Made by a program: the position numbers and the translations under genes | Notes under the pieces: model-generated | The model's database searches: none | Told to the model about the DNA's origin: nothing | What the model saw: the letters and a program-made list of their open reading frames with translations, nothing else | Part shown: positions 7,746 to 17,675 of the stretch, in pieces | Layout: each line of letters begins with the position of its first letter | Position numbering within the stretch: the first letter of the stretch is position 1 | Origin: an uncultured Victivallales bacterium | GTDB taxonomy: Bacteria > Verrucomicrobiota > Lentisphaeria > Victivallales > GWF2-38-69 | Length of the DNA: 26,461 bases | Direction of reading: 5' to 3' | Assembly (NCBI GenBank): GCA_964436735.1 | Contig: CAYTFM010000100.1 | Location: 1 to 26,461 of the forward strand

Positions 7746-9734
7746 ATGCTGAGGCGTGACGTGAGATGCTGGTGTGGATTGGTGGCGGTTGTCGCCTTGT
7801 TTCAACTCGCTGGTTGTCAAAGCTCGATGGAACGCTCCACGGAGCAGGCGGCGGGAGCGGTGGAGTTTTCGCCCGCCGTGGACGGCTCTCCTTATGGTGT
7901 CTGCGCGCACATCTCCCGCGGCGGCGAGCATCAGATCGCCGTCAAAGAGATGGCGGCCATGAATGCCGCAGGCATCAACTGGGTCCGCACCGATTTCGAC
8001 TGGGCTGGCGTGGAAAAGAAGGAAGGCGAGTGGGACTTCGCCTCGCTGGACGAGACCGTCGAATGGGCGCGGCAGGCTAATATCAACATCCTGCCCATTT
8101 TGGATTACGATGTCGCCTGGGCCCGCCCCGTGCAGCAGCACCTCGACAAGTGGAGCACCTACGTGCGCACGGTGGTCACCCGCTACAAAGACAGGCTCCG
8201 GTACTGGGAGGTGTGGAATGAGCAGAACATCGGCGGGTTCAAGAAAAACTCAAATGGCGCGAAGGACTATGTCCTGCTTCTTGAGGCGACCTACAAGACC
8301 GTCAAGGCGATCGACCCCAATCTGACGGTGGTATACGGTGGCACGGCGGGCATTCCGTGGGACTTCCTGGAGGAGTCCTATAAAGCTGGCGCCAAGAATT
8401 TCTTCGACGTCATGAACATCCACCCCTACCGCTATCCCAGCCGTCCGGAGACAGGCAAGCTCTACGAGGACATATGCAAGCTCCGCGAGCTCATGGACAC
8501 CTACGGCGACAGCGGCAAACCGATCTGGATCACGGAGTTCGGGTGGCCGACACACTGTCCTCCCGTGGTGGTCGGCGAGTTCCTGAACGGCATTTTTGAG
8601 GCTGGCGTAAAGTCCATCCGCGGCGACAAGCCCGTGTCATCCGTCGCCATCCTCTCTGATCCGGACTATCGCTTCACATTTGAGCCCGAGATGCTGGAAA
8701 CCGCCCGCGTCATGGCCGGCAAACGCGCGTTCGTCGAGATCACACTCGCAGGTCTTGCTGCCCTTGATCCGGCCGTGGTCCAGGTGCTGGTCATGCCGCC
8801 AGAGGAGGGATTTCCCGCGGACTACTTTGACGCCCTCGAATCCTTCGTCCGTCGTGGCGGGATCGTGGTGTTCTGGGCCGGAGTCCCGCTGTGCTACCAA
8901 TATAAGAAAGGCGCGGACGGAACGTGGAACCAGAGTGATGCCGACGAATCATTCCGTACTCGTCTGCACATCGGCTGGGAGGCGTGGTGGACGCGCAAGG
9001 ACGTCGTCCCGGAATCCACCAAGCAACTGGAGGTGCCTGCTGAGGTAGGCGGCATGATCAAACTCCCGAAGACGCCGATGGAAGCCACACGGTTCCTGAC
9101 CGACTCGGCCCTCAAGCCCGGTGACCGCATGATTCCGTTGATCCACGCGCTGCACAAGGACTACAAAGGGGTTCCGGTCGCCGCCTATGCGTTCGACAGC
9201 GACCTCAAGGGCGGTGTCATCGTCATGACGAACCGGCAAATCGGCAACAACGTCACGCCTGATCGACAGGGGCTTATTCTGCCGCGGGCCTACTTGACCG
9301 CCTTCCAGGCCGGCGTCCAGCGCGTGTTCTGGTATGAGTTCCAGGCTCCGGAGCACGACCTTTTCTACAACGAGGATCACTTCGGCATGGTCCACAATGA
9401 TATTTCTCCGAAACCAGCCTATACGGCCATGCAGGCGCTGACTCGGGCGCGGCCGGCCGGATCCGCGATGGCTACGGGCGTCTGGCGGAGCGGCGCCATC
9501 TATCATCCACGTTGGAAACGGCCTGACGGACGCACGGGGTGGGCGTTGTGGACGCCTCAGGGCGAATCGAAGTGCGCTCTCACCGTGCGCGGGGCGATCG
9601 ACGAGGCCTTTGATCATCTGGGCAGGCCTGTGGCTTTGCAGCCCAACGGCGGGGCGCTGGCGATCACCTTGACCGAGTCCGTGCTCTACATCATCGGCCC
9701 AGAGGATCTCGTCGTGCCGGCCACCGCGGAATGA
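7746..9734 (+). CDS. Glycoside hydrolase lipoprotein of TIM-barrel clan GH-A (GH39/GH5-like)
   Basis: A lipobox LAGC follows the signal peptide. The acid/base region reads YWEVWNEQN and the nucleophile region IWITEFGWPT. About 350 aa of extra beta-rich sequence follows C-terminally. Confidence 0.6.
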   Translation: MLRRDVRCWCGLVAVVALFQLAGCQSSMERSTEQAAGAVEFSPAVDGSPYGVCAHISRGGEHQIAVKEMAAMNAAGINWVRTDFDWAGVEKKEGEWDFASLDETVEWARQANINILPILDYDVAWARPVQQHLDKWSTYVRTVVTRYKDRLRYWEVWNEQNIGGFKKNSNGAKDYVLLLEATYKTVKAIDPNLTVVYGGTAGIPWDFLEESYKAGAKNFFDVMNIHPYRYPSRPETGKLYEDICKLRELMDTYGDSGKPIWITEFGWPTHCPPVVVGEFLNGIFEAGVKSIRGDKPVSSVAILSDPDYRFTFEPEMLETARVMAGKRAFVEITLAGLAALDPAVVQVLVMPPEEGFPADYFDALESFVRRGGIVVFWAGVPLCYQYKKGADGTWNQSDADESFRTRLHIGWEAWWTRKDVVPESTKQLEVPAEVGGMIKLPKTPMEATRFLTDSALKPGDRMIPLIHALHKDYKGVPVAAYAFDSDLKGGVIVMTNRQIGNNVTPDRQGLILPRAYLTAFQAGVQRVFWYEFQAPEHDLFYNEDHFGMVHNDISPKPAYTAMQALTRARPAGSAMATGVWRSGAIYHPRWKRPDGRTGWALWTPQGESKCALTVRGAIDEAFDHLGRPVALQPNGGALAITLTESVLYIIGPEDLVVPATAE

Positions 9735-9816
9735 TATGGCGTTTGCCGTAGTCAGGCTGCGTCTGACGTAAAAAAACTAAACCACGAACACGAACTAAAA
9801 ATTGAGAGGAGGACAC

Positions 9817-11805
9817 ATGAGGATGCGGGGCATGCTGGTGATGGCGCTGTGCGCGGCGGGAATGGCGGTGATGGGGGGGGAGCCATACAATGGTCCGAAG
9901 TTCATCGTCGGAGCCTGTACGCACCTTGGGTTCAGGCAGGGGATCCTGTCGGAGAATCTCTCGACGCTCAAACAGGCCGGGATCATGGCGCCCCGCGACG
10001 AACTCTCATGGAGTGGATGCGAGAAGGAGAAAGGTAAGTTGGAGATACCGCCGCATTATCCGACATTTGTCGAGGCCGCTACTGGCATGGGGCTTATCCC
10101 GTTGAACATCCTCGACTACGGCAATAAGCTTTACGATGACGGCGGCTACCCCCGTTCACCGGAAGCGGTCGACGCCTTCGCCCGCTACAGCGAGTTCGTC
10201 GCCACCACGTTCAAGTCGAAGATCCGTTTTCATCAGGTGTGGAACGAGTGGGACGGCGGCTGCGGCATGCCCAAGGAGCTCCGCGGCAAGGGCGATCCGG
10301 AAGCCTACATGAATCTGCTCAAGACCGTCTATCCGCGGCTGAAGAAGGTCGACCCTTCAATCGTGGTCGTGTCCAACTCCGTCTGCACAGGCGACAAATA
10401 TCTCGAGAAGCTGCTCGATCTCGGCCTTGTTGAAAACTGCGACGTCGTGGCGCTCCACACCTACAACTATGGCGAGGCGGCGCGGACTCCCGAGGATTGG
10501 CGTGACCGCATGGAGAAGGTCGACGGCATGCTCCGCAGTCACAACGGCGGCAAGGAGGTGCCTCTCTTTGTCACCGAGATGGGATGGCCGACCCAGATCG
10601 ACGCTCGCGGCACCACGCCTGAGGAGTACGCGAGTTTTCTCGCCCGCCTCTATCTGCTGGCGCGGACGTTCTCCTACGTCAAGGGGCTCTGGTGGTACGA
10701 CTACCAGGACGACGGTTGGGATTGGAAGTACAACGAGAACAACTTCGGCATGGTCAGGCCCGACCTCACTCCGAAGCCCTCCTATTTCGCCATGACTGAC
10801 ATCTCGGGACTCGTCGCCAAGGGCGACTTCGTGGAACGGATCGACACTGGTGACAAGGCTATCTGGGCACTCAAGTTCAAACTGCCCGATGGCAAGGACT
10901 GCCTCGCGCTCTGGAGCTCACATCGGCAGGACGGCTGGCAGGTCACGCTCACGGACGCCGGAGCGAAGAAGCCGGTCACGTGTCTCAAGGTCGGCACGGG
11001 CATGCGTGTCACCCGCGCCTGGGGCACCCGCGACTGGATCGCCAAGCGCGACGACCCGCTTAAGGTTGACGAATTGCCGATTGTGCTCGATGGGCGCCCC
11101 ACGCTTGTCGAGGGCGACTTGTCCAAGGTGACCGTCACCAAGGTTGTCTGTCGGGAGGCCCCGGAGGGCAAGCGACCGAAAAATGTCGTCTACCGCGTGC
11201 CCGACAAGATTGGCAGAGCCACTCCCGCCGCCGACGCGGGGCGGACGCAGGAATACGACTTCGGCGCCGACGCCGATTACCGGCTGGTTCTGGAGACGCC
11301 TCGCAAGGGACGCGAGGATCTCGACGCGAAGTTCTCGGCGAAATGGGACTGCGACAACCTTTACCTGCGCGTCACCGTGAGCGATGACGTCTTTTGCCAA
11401 AAAGAGACGCTTGAGGAGTCGTGGAAGGGCGATGGCATTCAGATGGCATTTCAAGAATTAGGGTTGGAGGGCGACACCGCGGGGAATCACACAGAGTTGG
11501 ATCTCGCGCTGACTCCGGACGGGACCAAGGTATACCGCCGCGCGGCTCAGAGTGGTGCCGCCCCCGGCGAGATCAAGGAGGTCGAATTGAAGGTTGATCG
11601 TGACGGCCTTCGTACAGTTTACAACATCAAAATCCCGGTCAAGTCGGTCGATCTTCCCGCCCTCAAGCCTGACACCATCATCGGATTCTCCATGCTGGTC
11701 AACGACAACGATGGGCCTGTGCGCAAGGGCTACCTCCACTGGGGCGACGGCATCGGCACAGGGAAAAATCCACTGCTCTTCAACTGGCTGATGATGGAGA
11801 AGTGA
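9817..11805 (+). CDS. Glycoside hydrolase, clan GH-A paralogue, with a C-terminal CBM9-like carbohydrate-binding domain
   Basis: A signal peptide is followed by HQVWNEWDGG and LFVTEMGWPT. The C-terminal ~200 aa (DAKFSAKWDCDNLYLRVTVSDD...GDGIQMAF...FSMLVNDNDG) resembles CBM9/DOMON-like domains. The RBS GAGAGGAGGA precedes ATG 9817; the ORF-track start at 9802 is a TTG inside that RBS. Confidence 0.6.
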   Translation: MRMRGMLVMALCAAGMAVMGGEPYNGPKFIVGACTHLGFRQGILSENLSTLKQAGIMAPRDELSWSGCEKEKGKLEIPPHYPTFVEAATGMGLIPLNILDYGNKLYDDGGYPRSPEAVDAFARYSEFVATTFKSKIRFHQVWNEWDGGCGMPKELRGKGDPEAYMNLLKTVYPRLKKVDPSIVVVSNSVCTGDKYLEKLLDLGLVENCDVVALHTYNYGEAARTPEDWRDRMEKVDGMLRSHNGGKEVPLFVTEMGWPTQIDARGTTPEEYASFLARLYLLARTFSYVKGLWWYDYQDDGWDWKYNENNFGMVRPDLTPKPSYFAMTDISGLVAKGDFVERIDTGDKAIWALKFKLPDGKDCLALWSSHRQDGWQVTLTDAGAKKPVTCLKVGTGMRVTRAWGTRDWIAKRDDPLKVDELPIVLDGRPTLVEGDLSKVTVTKVVCREAPEGKRPKNVVYRVPDKIGRATPAADAGRTQEYDFGADADYRLVLETPRKGREDLDAKFSAKWDCDNLYLRVTVSDDVFCQKETLEESWKGDGIQMAFQELGLEGDTAGNHTELDLALTPDGTKVYRRAAQSGAAPGEIKEVELKVDRDGLRTVYNIKIPVKSVDLPALKPDTIIGFSMLVNDNDGPVRKGYLHWGDGIGTGKNPLLFNWLMMEK

Positions 11806-11806
11806 A

Positions 11807-14269
11807 ATGCGTCAAACAATCGCGTGCCCTGTGATGGGACACATGGCGTGGGCGGTCGTGCGGCATGCATGGAGGCTGTCAGTCGTCGTGTCCTGCTTGT
11901 CGGTCGTGTCGAATGTTCGTGCGGCTGCGGATGCCGCGATTCCTGCGGCAGAGGCAGGAGGGTGTGGCGAGGTGCTGCTCGACGACTGCGCAAGCATGTC
12001 GCGGTGGCGGTATCACAATGGCGGAGAGTTCCCGGGCGCGAAGGGGGGGCTTGAGAAGGATCCTGTGGGCAAGGGGCTGAAGTTGTCCTACGATTTTGGC
12101 GGAGGCGGATCCTATGTGGGGGCGGGATTGTACGGCGCGTTCCCCCCGGCGGCCGACGTGGCGCGGGTGGCTTTGACGGCACAGGGGGACTGCATGCTGT
12201 TCTTCCGGCTTGTCGACTCCCGTGGTCGCACATATCAATGGGAGAAGCAGAAGCGCGTCGCCGGACAGCACGCCGTGTTGCTGAGCATGACGGCTGGCTG
12301 GTCGGGCGCGTGGGGCGGCCCGAAAGAGACGAAAGCGGACAGCGCGCCTCTCCTGCCCGTGAAGGAGCTGTGGATGTGCGTGGCGAACGCCGATGGCGTC
12401 GCGAAGTTGGGAGCCGTGACGCTGACGAGTGTCTCGGTGGGAAGTTCGAAAGGTGTGATCGCGTCCACGGAACCCGTTGTCGGCGAAGACTTCTCGTGTT
12501 CCTTTGGCGGGTGGCGTGTCACGGGGACGTGGGGCAGTCACGGGTGGCGGAACACGTATCTCCGCGTCGGCGCGGAGGGGGGAGCTGCCCCTGCGGAACT
12601 CGCGCTCGATCTCCCGGCCATGGGACGGCATAAAGTTTTCCGCCTCCACCTCGAACCCGGAAAGACCGAATCCGCCGAGTTCTCCCCGGGACTCCCCAAT
12701 GGCGGGAATCCCCGCAACACGTACCAGATCGCGCTGAGCCTCTCGGTCGGCAGGGAGCACTACGAGAGAATCGTTGTACTCCGCGGCGTGGAGTCGGACA
12801 AAACCGACTTTGGCGCGCCGAAACCAAGCTCGTCGATCGAACGCTCGAAATTTGGCACCTGCGTTCATTTCTCGCACGTCAACCCGGCGGATCCACACTC
12901 GTGGCCGGAGTGGCGCGACTACCAGTGGTTCGTCGACCGGATAGCCGGCGGCGGCATCAAATGGATCCGCGATGGCATCAGAACCGACAAGAGCGCCGAG
13001 GGAACCTACACGCTCAATCCGCACGACGTCGAGTGGGCGCGCTACGCGAAGAGCAAAGGGCTGAGAATCCTGTGTGTCATCTCGATGAACGCCCATGAAC
13101 CAGTGGATGAGTTTGTCGCACGCTGTGAAGCTCTGGCGGAGCGGACGCGTGATCTGGTCGACGCGTTCGAGCTTGGCAACGAGCCGAACAACTTCGGCGG
13201 TTGGCTTAAGAAGTACGGCGGCACGTGGAACGGCAAGGAGGAGGATAACTCCACCTCCGGGTGGGTCAAGGAGCATCTGAAAAGCACCAACGCCGGAGCC
13301 GTGGCGCTCAAAAAGATCAGACCTGAAACCCCGGTGGTCGGGCTTGGCGCATGCTCGCCGACGAACTTCCGCTATCTGGACCTTGGCGTCTCTCCCGCTC
13401 TCGACGGCGTGGTTGATCATCCCTATCCGTACTGCATGCCTCCCGAGAAGATACCCTATGGCTGGGGCATGGAGAAGCGCGACGGCGTCAAGGTCGGCGA
13501 CGCCAACCACACGCTCGAGGGGCTCGTCCGCTCGTACCATGAGAAGTTCGCGGCCACCGGCGCGCCGAGACAGTTGTGGTTCACCGAGTTCGGGTTCTCC
13601 ACGTTTCTCTTCGATGGGGAAAAGACGGAGAAATGTCTCTATGCCGGATTCTCCGAGGAGGCGCAGGCGGTCTACATCGCGCGGGGATATCTGCTCAGCA
13701 GCGTGCTTCCTGTCGAGGCGATCTTCCAGTATGATTTCACCGATGATTACCATTCCGTCCCGCGTGATGCTGAGGCCAATTTCGGCATGTGGCGCGCCGA
13801 CCGTTCTCCCAAGCCGTCGTATGGCGCGGTGACGAGGATTTGTTCACTGCTGGCAGGCTATGAGGCCGACGCCGGCGCCGGCGTCTCCATCACCGCCGCT
13901 CCACTGCACCGCGGCATGGAACGGACGGAGTTGGTGCGGAACTGGGACGATACCACCTTGACCGCCGAGAATGGCGTGCGCGCCCATGCCTTCACCTCGA
14001 AGGCGAAACCCACTACGCGCATGCTGGCGGTCTGGTCGCAACTGCCTTTCTCGAAAGAGCACCATAACCGCGTCGCCACGATCAAACTCACCGGCTGGAA
14101 GGACTTCGGTGTCGATGCGGTCGCCATCGACCTGATCGATGGCAGCACTTTTGACGCGCCAGTGAAGAGGGAGGGCGACGACCTCGTCCTTGACCGCCTA
14201 TTCCTTGGCGCGCATCCACTGATGATCAGCTTCCAGTCTTCCGGGAGTCGCACCAAGGAAGGGGAGTGA
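11807..14269 (+). CDS. Multidomain glycoside hydrolase, clan GH-A paralogue
   Basis: A canonical acid/base motif [12 protein letters not shown] and nucleophile LWFTEFGFS are present. An N-terminal extension of ~330 aa and a C-terminal beta domain flank the core. The start ATG is 1 nt after the preceding stop (tgaaatg), which indicates translational coupling. Confidence 0.6.
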   Translation: MRQTIACPVMGHMAWAVVRHAWRLSVVVSCLSVVSNVRAAADAAIPAAEAGGCGEVLLDDCASMSRWRYHNGGEFPGAKGGLEKDPVGKGLKLSYDFGGGGSYVGAGLYGAFPPAADVARVALTAQGDCMLFFRLVDSRGRTYQWEKQKRVAGQHAVLLSMTAGWSGAWGGPKETKADSAPLLPVKELWMCVANADGVAKLGAVTLTSVSVGSSKGVIASTEPVVGEDFSCSFGGWRVTGTWGSHGWRNTYLRVGAEGGAAPAELALDLPAMGRHKVFRLHLEPGKTESAEFSPGLPNGGNPRNTYQIALSLSVGREHYERIVVLRGVESDKTDFGAPKPSSSIERSKFGTCVHFSHVNPADPHSWPEWRDYQWFVDRIAGGGIKWIRDGIRTDKSAEGTYTLNPHDVEWARYAKSKGLRILCVISMNAHEPVDEFVARCEALAERTRDLVDAFELGNEPNNFGGWLKKYGGTWNGKEEDNSTSGWVKEHLKSTNAGAVALKKIRPETPVVGLGACSPTNFRYLDLGVSPALDGVVDHPYPYCMPPEKIPYGWGMEKRDGVKVGDANHTLEGLVRSYHEKFAATGAPRQLWFTEFGFSTFLFDGEKTEKCLYAGFSEEAQAVYIARGYLLSSVLPVEAIFQYDFTDDYHSVPRDAEANFGMWRADRSPKPSYGAVTRICSLLAGYEADAGAGVSITAAPLHRGMERTELVRNWDDTTLTAENGVRAHAFTSKAKPTTRMLAVWSQLPFSKEHHNRVATIKLTGWKDFGVDAVAIDLIDGSTFDAPVKREGDDLVLDRLFLGAHPLMISFQSSGSRTKEGE

Positions 14270-14273
14270 TTCT

Positions 14274-14951
14274 GTGAGCAACGATGGAAAACGCCATGTG
14301 GCTGCGAGTGCTTTCACGCTCATCGAGCTCTTGGTGGTGGTCGCGATCATCGCGATACTGGCGGCCCTGCTGCTTCCTGCGTTGAGAGCCGCGCGGGAAC
14401 GCGCAGTCTCCCTCTCCTGCATGAGCAACATGCGGCAAGGCGGGCTTGCCATGCTCAGCTACGTCAATGACAATGTGGGCTATCTCCCTCCGAGTTTGTG
14501 GGAAGGCTCGGGCAAGGGGAAGTATTGGACGAACATTTTGGTCGACAACGACTATATGACGCTGCCGGGGGGCTGGAACAACAAGGCGTGGGGCAATGCG
14601 GGGAAAGGCAATAACATGCTCGTCTGCGTCAGTTCTCAGAAGGCCCGCACCCCCCAATACGAAAGAGCGTATGGCTATGCGCACGGTCAGTGGGGCCATG
14701 GTCCGTTCGACAACAAACCCTACATGATGACCAAGACCTCCCGTCCCACGGAACGGCTCCTGCTGACCGACTACAACACGCCGATCGCCTTCTGCCGCGG
14801 ATGCTGCGGGGACGTCTCGCAGTGGCTGCGGCCAGTCCATCCGTACGAAATGGGCGTCAACGTCGTGCTCATGGACGGACATGGCTCATGGAAAGACGTG
14901 CGCATTCTCTCGGGTGACACCGAGGACATGTGGGGGCACGCCACGCAGTGA
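14274..14951 (+). CDS. Second prepilin-type H-X9-DG pseudopilin-like protein
   Basis: Reads ...[25 protein letters not shown] and later [15 protein letters not shown]. The start is a GTG lying 4 nt after the GH stop, with its RBS AAGGAAGGGGAG inside the 3' end of the upstream gene. Confidence 0.75.
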   Translation: MSNDGKRHVAASAFTLIELLVVVAIIAILAALLLPALRAARERAVSLSCMSNMRQGGLAMLSYVNDNVGYLPPSLWEGSGKGKYWTNILVDNDYMTLPGGWNNKAWGNAGKGNNMLVCVSSQKARTPQYERAYGYAHGQWGHGPFDNKPYMMTKTSRPTERLLLTDYNTPIAFCRGCCGDVSQWLRPVHPYEMGVNVVLMDGHGSWKDVRILSGDTEDMWGHATQ

Positions 14952-15157
14952 AAACGACTTGGCGAGAGGTCGCTGTCAAGGATCACAAAAACGCGAACGG
15001 CCCACGTTGGGGCGGCAAGAATGACGGCATCTGGCGCGGACCGCTCAAGGGGATGTCCCTCATCGTGGACCGTGGCAAACTCAAGCGTCCTGAGATGAAG
15101 CGAGCACGGTTGCTGGTCGAGGAGATCGAGGTTATTCCGACGCCCTCGGCGAAATGA
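14930..15157 (+). pseudogene. C-terminal gene fragment paralogous to the 207-aa secreted protein at 25753-26376
   Basis: TWREVAVKDHKNANGPRWGGKNDGIWRGPLKGMSLIVDRGKLKRPEMKRARLLVEEIEVIP aligns with the last ~65 residues of the 25753..26376 product (EWQEIFVDPKGVNSTYSGGQCDGVWCGALKGISIILEKGKLKRPDLKRGKLLVDLVEVLP). The first ~140 residues, including the signal peptide, are absent. The fragment overlaps the 3' end of the upstream gene. Confidence 0.4.
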
Positions 15158-15298
15158 CGATCATGAATCAAAACCCGCATTATGCCCACGAGGAGCATCT
15201 GTGTTTTTTCTCTGAGAACGCCCAGTTCCAGTTCGGCCCTTCTGTCAATCTTTATTATCGGTAAGGGCCGCATTAGGGGCAACGCTGTCCTGTTGGGT

Positions 15299-15333
15299 GA
15301 GGCGATGCATCGCCTCGCTTATTGTGTACTTTT
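15299..15333 (+). terminator. Perfect 18-bp palindrome GAGGCGATGCATCGCCTC plus a T-rich tail; putative bidirectional terminator between the convergent GH operon and hsdM
   Basis: The palindrome is at 15299-15316. It is followed on the plus strand by gcttattgtgtactttt. It lies 2 nt from the hsdM stop (15319-15321). Confidence 0.35.
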
Positions 15334-16782
15334 GAGATCTTCGGCGATGGTGGCGAACTGTTCCAAGGCGGCCTCCAGGTCGTCGGTTATCTCCTGTGCG
15401 ATGACCTCCGGGGCGGGAAGATTGGCGGACTCCTCCAGCGAGTCATCCTTCAGCCAGAAGATGTCCAGGTTCACCTTGTCGCGCTTCAGCAGCTCCTCGC
15501 AGGTGAAGCCCTTGAAGCGTTCCGACTCCTTGCGTTCGTGACGGTTCGCCGGATTGAAGCGGGTGACGAAGTCGTCGAGGTCGGATCGCTTGAGCGTATT
15601 CTCTTTGAGCGTGAAATGCAGGTTGGTGCGCAGGTCGTAGATCCAGAGCTTATCCGTCCACGGCTTTTCCCGCGCCGGCTTGCGGTCGAAGAAAAGGACG
15701 TTCGCCTTCACCCCCTGGGCGTAGAAGATGCCGGTGGGCAGGCGCAGCAGCGTGTGGACGTCGGCCTGCTTGAGAAGGGCGCGGCGGATCGTCTCTCCGG
15801 CCCCGCCCTCGAAGAGGACGTTATCAGGTAGGACCACCGCCGCCCGGCCGTTCTGCTTGAGGATCGTGAAGATGTGCTGGAGGAAGTTGAGCTGCTTATT
15901 GCTCGTGGTGGCCCAGAAGTCGTCGCGGTTGATGATGAGCGACTCCTTTTGTTGTTCCCCCGCCTCGTTGACGATCGTCACGCTGCTTTTCTTGCCGAAG
16001 GGCGGATTGGCGAGCACCATCTCGTACTCGCCGTGCTTTCCGGCGAGGGCGTCCTTGGTGACGACCGGCAGATCGCTGTCGGAGTCGCCGCCGCTGCCGT
16101 GCAGCAGCAGGTTCATGGCGCACAGCCGCGTCACGCCGTCCACAAGCTCGATGCCGTAGAGCGTGCTGTTCTTGAGACGCTTCTTCTGCTCGCGGTCGAG
16201 CGAATGGCTTTTGACAAGGTAGTCATGCGCCGCCAGCAGGAAGCCGCCGGTGCCGCAGGCGGGGTCGCAGATGGCGTCGCCCGGCTTCGGGGCCATCACG
16301 TCGACCATGGCGGCGATCAGGGGGCGCGGCGTGAAATATTGCCCGGCTCCCCCCTTCACGTCCTCGGCGTTCTTCTGGAGGAGCCCCTCGTAGGCGTCGC
16401 CCTTGACGTCGGAGGAGAGGCTCGACCACTGCTCCTTGTCGATCAGGTCGACGATCAGCCGCCGAAGCTTGGCGGGATCCTGGATCTTGTTCTGCGCCTT
16501 GCGGAAGATGACGCCGAGCATCCCGGGCCGTTTCCCAAGCTCCTCAAGGGTGTGTCGGTAGTGCGTCTCCAAGTCGTCGCCATCAAGCCGCAGGAGCGAC
16601 TCCCAGTTGAACCCTTTTGGGACGGGCGAGTCCTTCTTGAACGGCGGCTTGCTTTGTTCGTCGGCCATCTTGAGGAACAGCAGATAGGTCAACTGTTCGA
16701 CATAGTCGCCATACGACAGGCCGTCGTCCCTCAGGATATTGCAGTAGTTCCATAGCTTTGCGACAAGTGCTTCAGATCTCAT
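15319..16782 (-). CDS. hsdM: Type I restriction-modification system methyltransferase subunit HsdM
   Basis: HsdM N-terminal helix bundle (LWNYCNILRDDGLSYGDYVEQLTYLLFLKMADEQ), YFTPRPLIAAMV, AdoMet motif I DPACGTGGFL and catalytic NPPFG are present. The RBS GGGAGA precedes the start. Confidence 0.9.
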   Translation of the reverse strand: MRSEALVAKLWNYCNILRDDGLSYGDYVEQLTYLLFLKMADEQSKPPFKKDSPVPKGFNWESLLRLDGDDLETHYRHTLEELGKRPGMLGVIFRKAQNKIQDPAKLRRLIVDLIDKEQWSSLSSDVKGDAYEGLLQKNAEDVKGGAGQYFTPRPLIAAMVDVMAPKPGDAICDPACGTGGFLLAAHDYLVKSHSLDREQKKRLKNSTLYGIELVDGVTRLCAMNLLLHGSGGDSDSDLPVVTKDALAGKHGEYEMVLANPPFGKKSSVTIVNEAGEQQKESLIINRDDFWATTSNKQLNFLQHIFTILKQNGRAAVVLPDNVLFEGGAGETIRRALLKQADVHTLLRLPTGIFYAQGVKANVLFFDRKPAREKPWTDKLWIYDLRTNLHFTLKENTLKRSDLDDFVTRFNPANRHERKESERFKGFTCEELLKRDKVNLDIFWLKDDSLEESANLPAPEVIAQEITDDLEAALEQFATIAEDLKSTQ

Positions 16783-16802
16783 GGCATATATCTCCCGGAG
16801 AT

Positions 16803-17675
16803 TTACAAATCTCTATCAAGTAATTCTTTTACCCACAGTCGGTCACGGTAGGCTCTCAAATAGAGGCGAGCAGCGGTAGAAAACTCAGCTTGAGCTCTGA
16901 CTTTTTTGATGAGTTCTTTTTTGTGATACAAATAATTAGACTCGTTTCCGCCAGCCTTTGCGTCATCTCCTTTTAAGACATGTTCCTCAATATCTATTGC
17001 GAGTTGTTTCCGCTTTCTCACCAATGCAATTTGCTTCAAATGGTATAGTTCAATGCTTGCCTCTACTCGATCAATTGTCATCTGATCACTCTTTGCGGGA
17101 TGAGGAGATCCATCGGGGAGGAATGTAAGGAGTTTTGTGTCGTCGACATTCACCGGATCTAACAATTTTGATCGCTCGCAAGGATCACTTTTACTATGAG
17201 CGTATGATGGAGGCGGAATTATAGGAAAATGGTCTTGCTTGCCACCTTCTGTTCCGCCGATATCTCGCCTCCTACAGTTGCAGAATGTGCAGGATAAACG
17301 GAAATTTTTCCAATCGAAGGCAAGCCACGTATAGCCAGGATGTGTATCTTCCTCAATGACAGAGTTTTTTGGGCGGAAATGATCAACGGACATGTCAGAG
17401 CGGTCTTGTTTAGTTTCACAATACCAACATTTGTCATGACTTGCTTCCCGCAGTGCTTCTTTAGCAGCACTCCATACCGATGATTTTAAATTGATTGCCT
17501 TGTGTCTTGCCTCAAGGCAGATGACATTTAACTCACTTCCGGTTTTCCCTTTTGATTCAGCTTCATCTTTAGCTGCAGTCACCTTTCCCTCAACAAACCT
17601 TTCAGCTTCCTCTACTATTTTTTTCCAATCGGAAGGGAGACAGCAGCAAACGTCATCCTGAAGGATAAACCTCAT
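16803..17675 (-). CDS. HNH endonuclease, Septu PtuB-like (TIGR02646-type)
   Basis: The HNH core reads CWYCETKQ...SVDHFRPKN...WKNFRLSCTFCNCRR (C-x2-C, DH, N, C-x2-C). A strong RBS GAGGAAGG precedes it. Its ATG overlaps the stop of the upstream ATPase ORF by 4 nt (ATGA). GC is about 43%. Confidence 0.65.
   Translation of the reverse strand: MRFILQDDVCCCLPSDWKKIVEEAERFVEGKVTAAKDEAESKGKTGSELNVICLEARHKAINLKSSVWSAAKEALREASHDKCWYCETKQDRSDMSVDHFRPKNSVIEEDTHPGYTWLAFDWKNFRLSCTFCNCRRRDIGGTEGGKQDHFPIIPPPSYAHSKSDPCERSKLLDPVNVDDTKLLTFLPDGSPHPAKSDQMTIDRVEASIELYHLKQIALVRKRKQLAIDIEEHVLKGDDAKAGGNESNYLYHKKELIKKVRAQAEFSTAARLYLRAYRDRLWVKELLDRDL

Noticed and set aside
9755-9775. Hairpin gtcag-gctgcgt-ctgac followed by an A-run between GH1 and GH2
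   Set aside because: The stem is only 5 bp and the A-run lies on the wrong side for a plus-strand intrinsic terminator. GH1 and GH2 are probably co-transcribed.
11879-13753. 624-aa minus-strand ORF, and the 293-aa plus-strand ORF at 15874..16755
   Set aside because: They are antisense to GH3 and hsdM respectively. Both are Arg/Pro/Gly-rich without domains, and the opposite strands carry well-supported genes.
16787-16800. Palindrome ATCTCC-c-GGAGAT between the HNH stop and the hsdM start
   Set aside because: It is short and coincides with the hsdM RBS (GGGAGA on the minus strand), so it is probably incidental.
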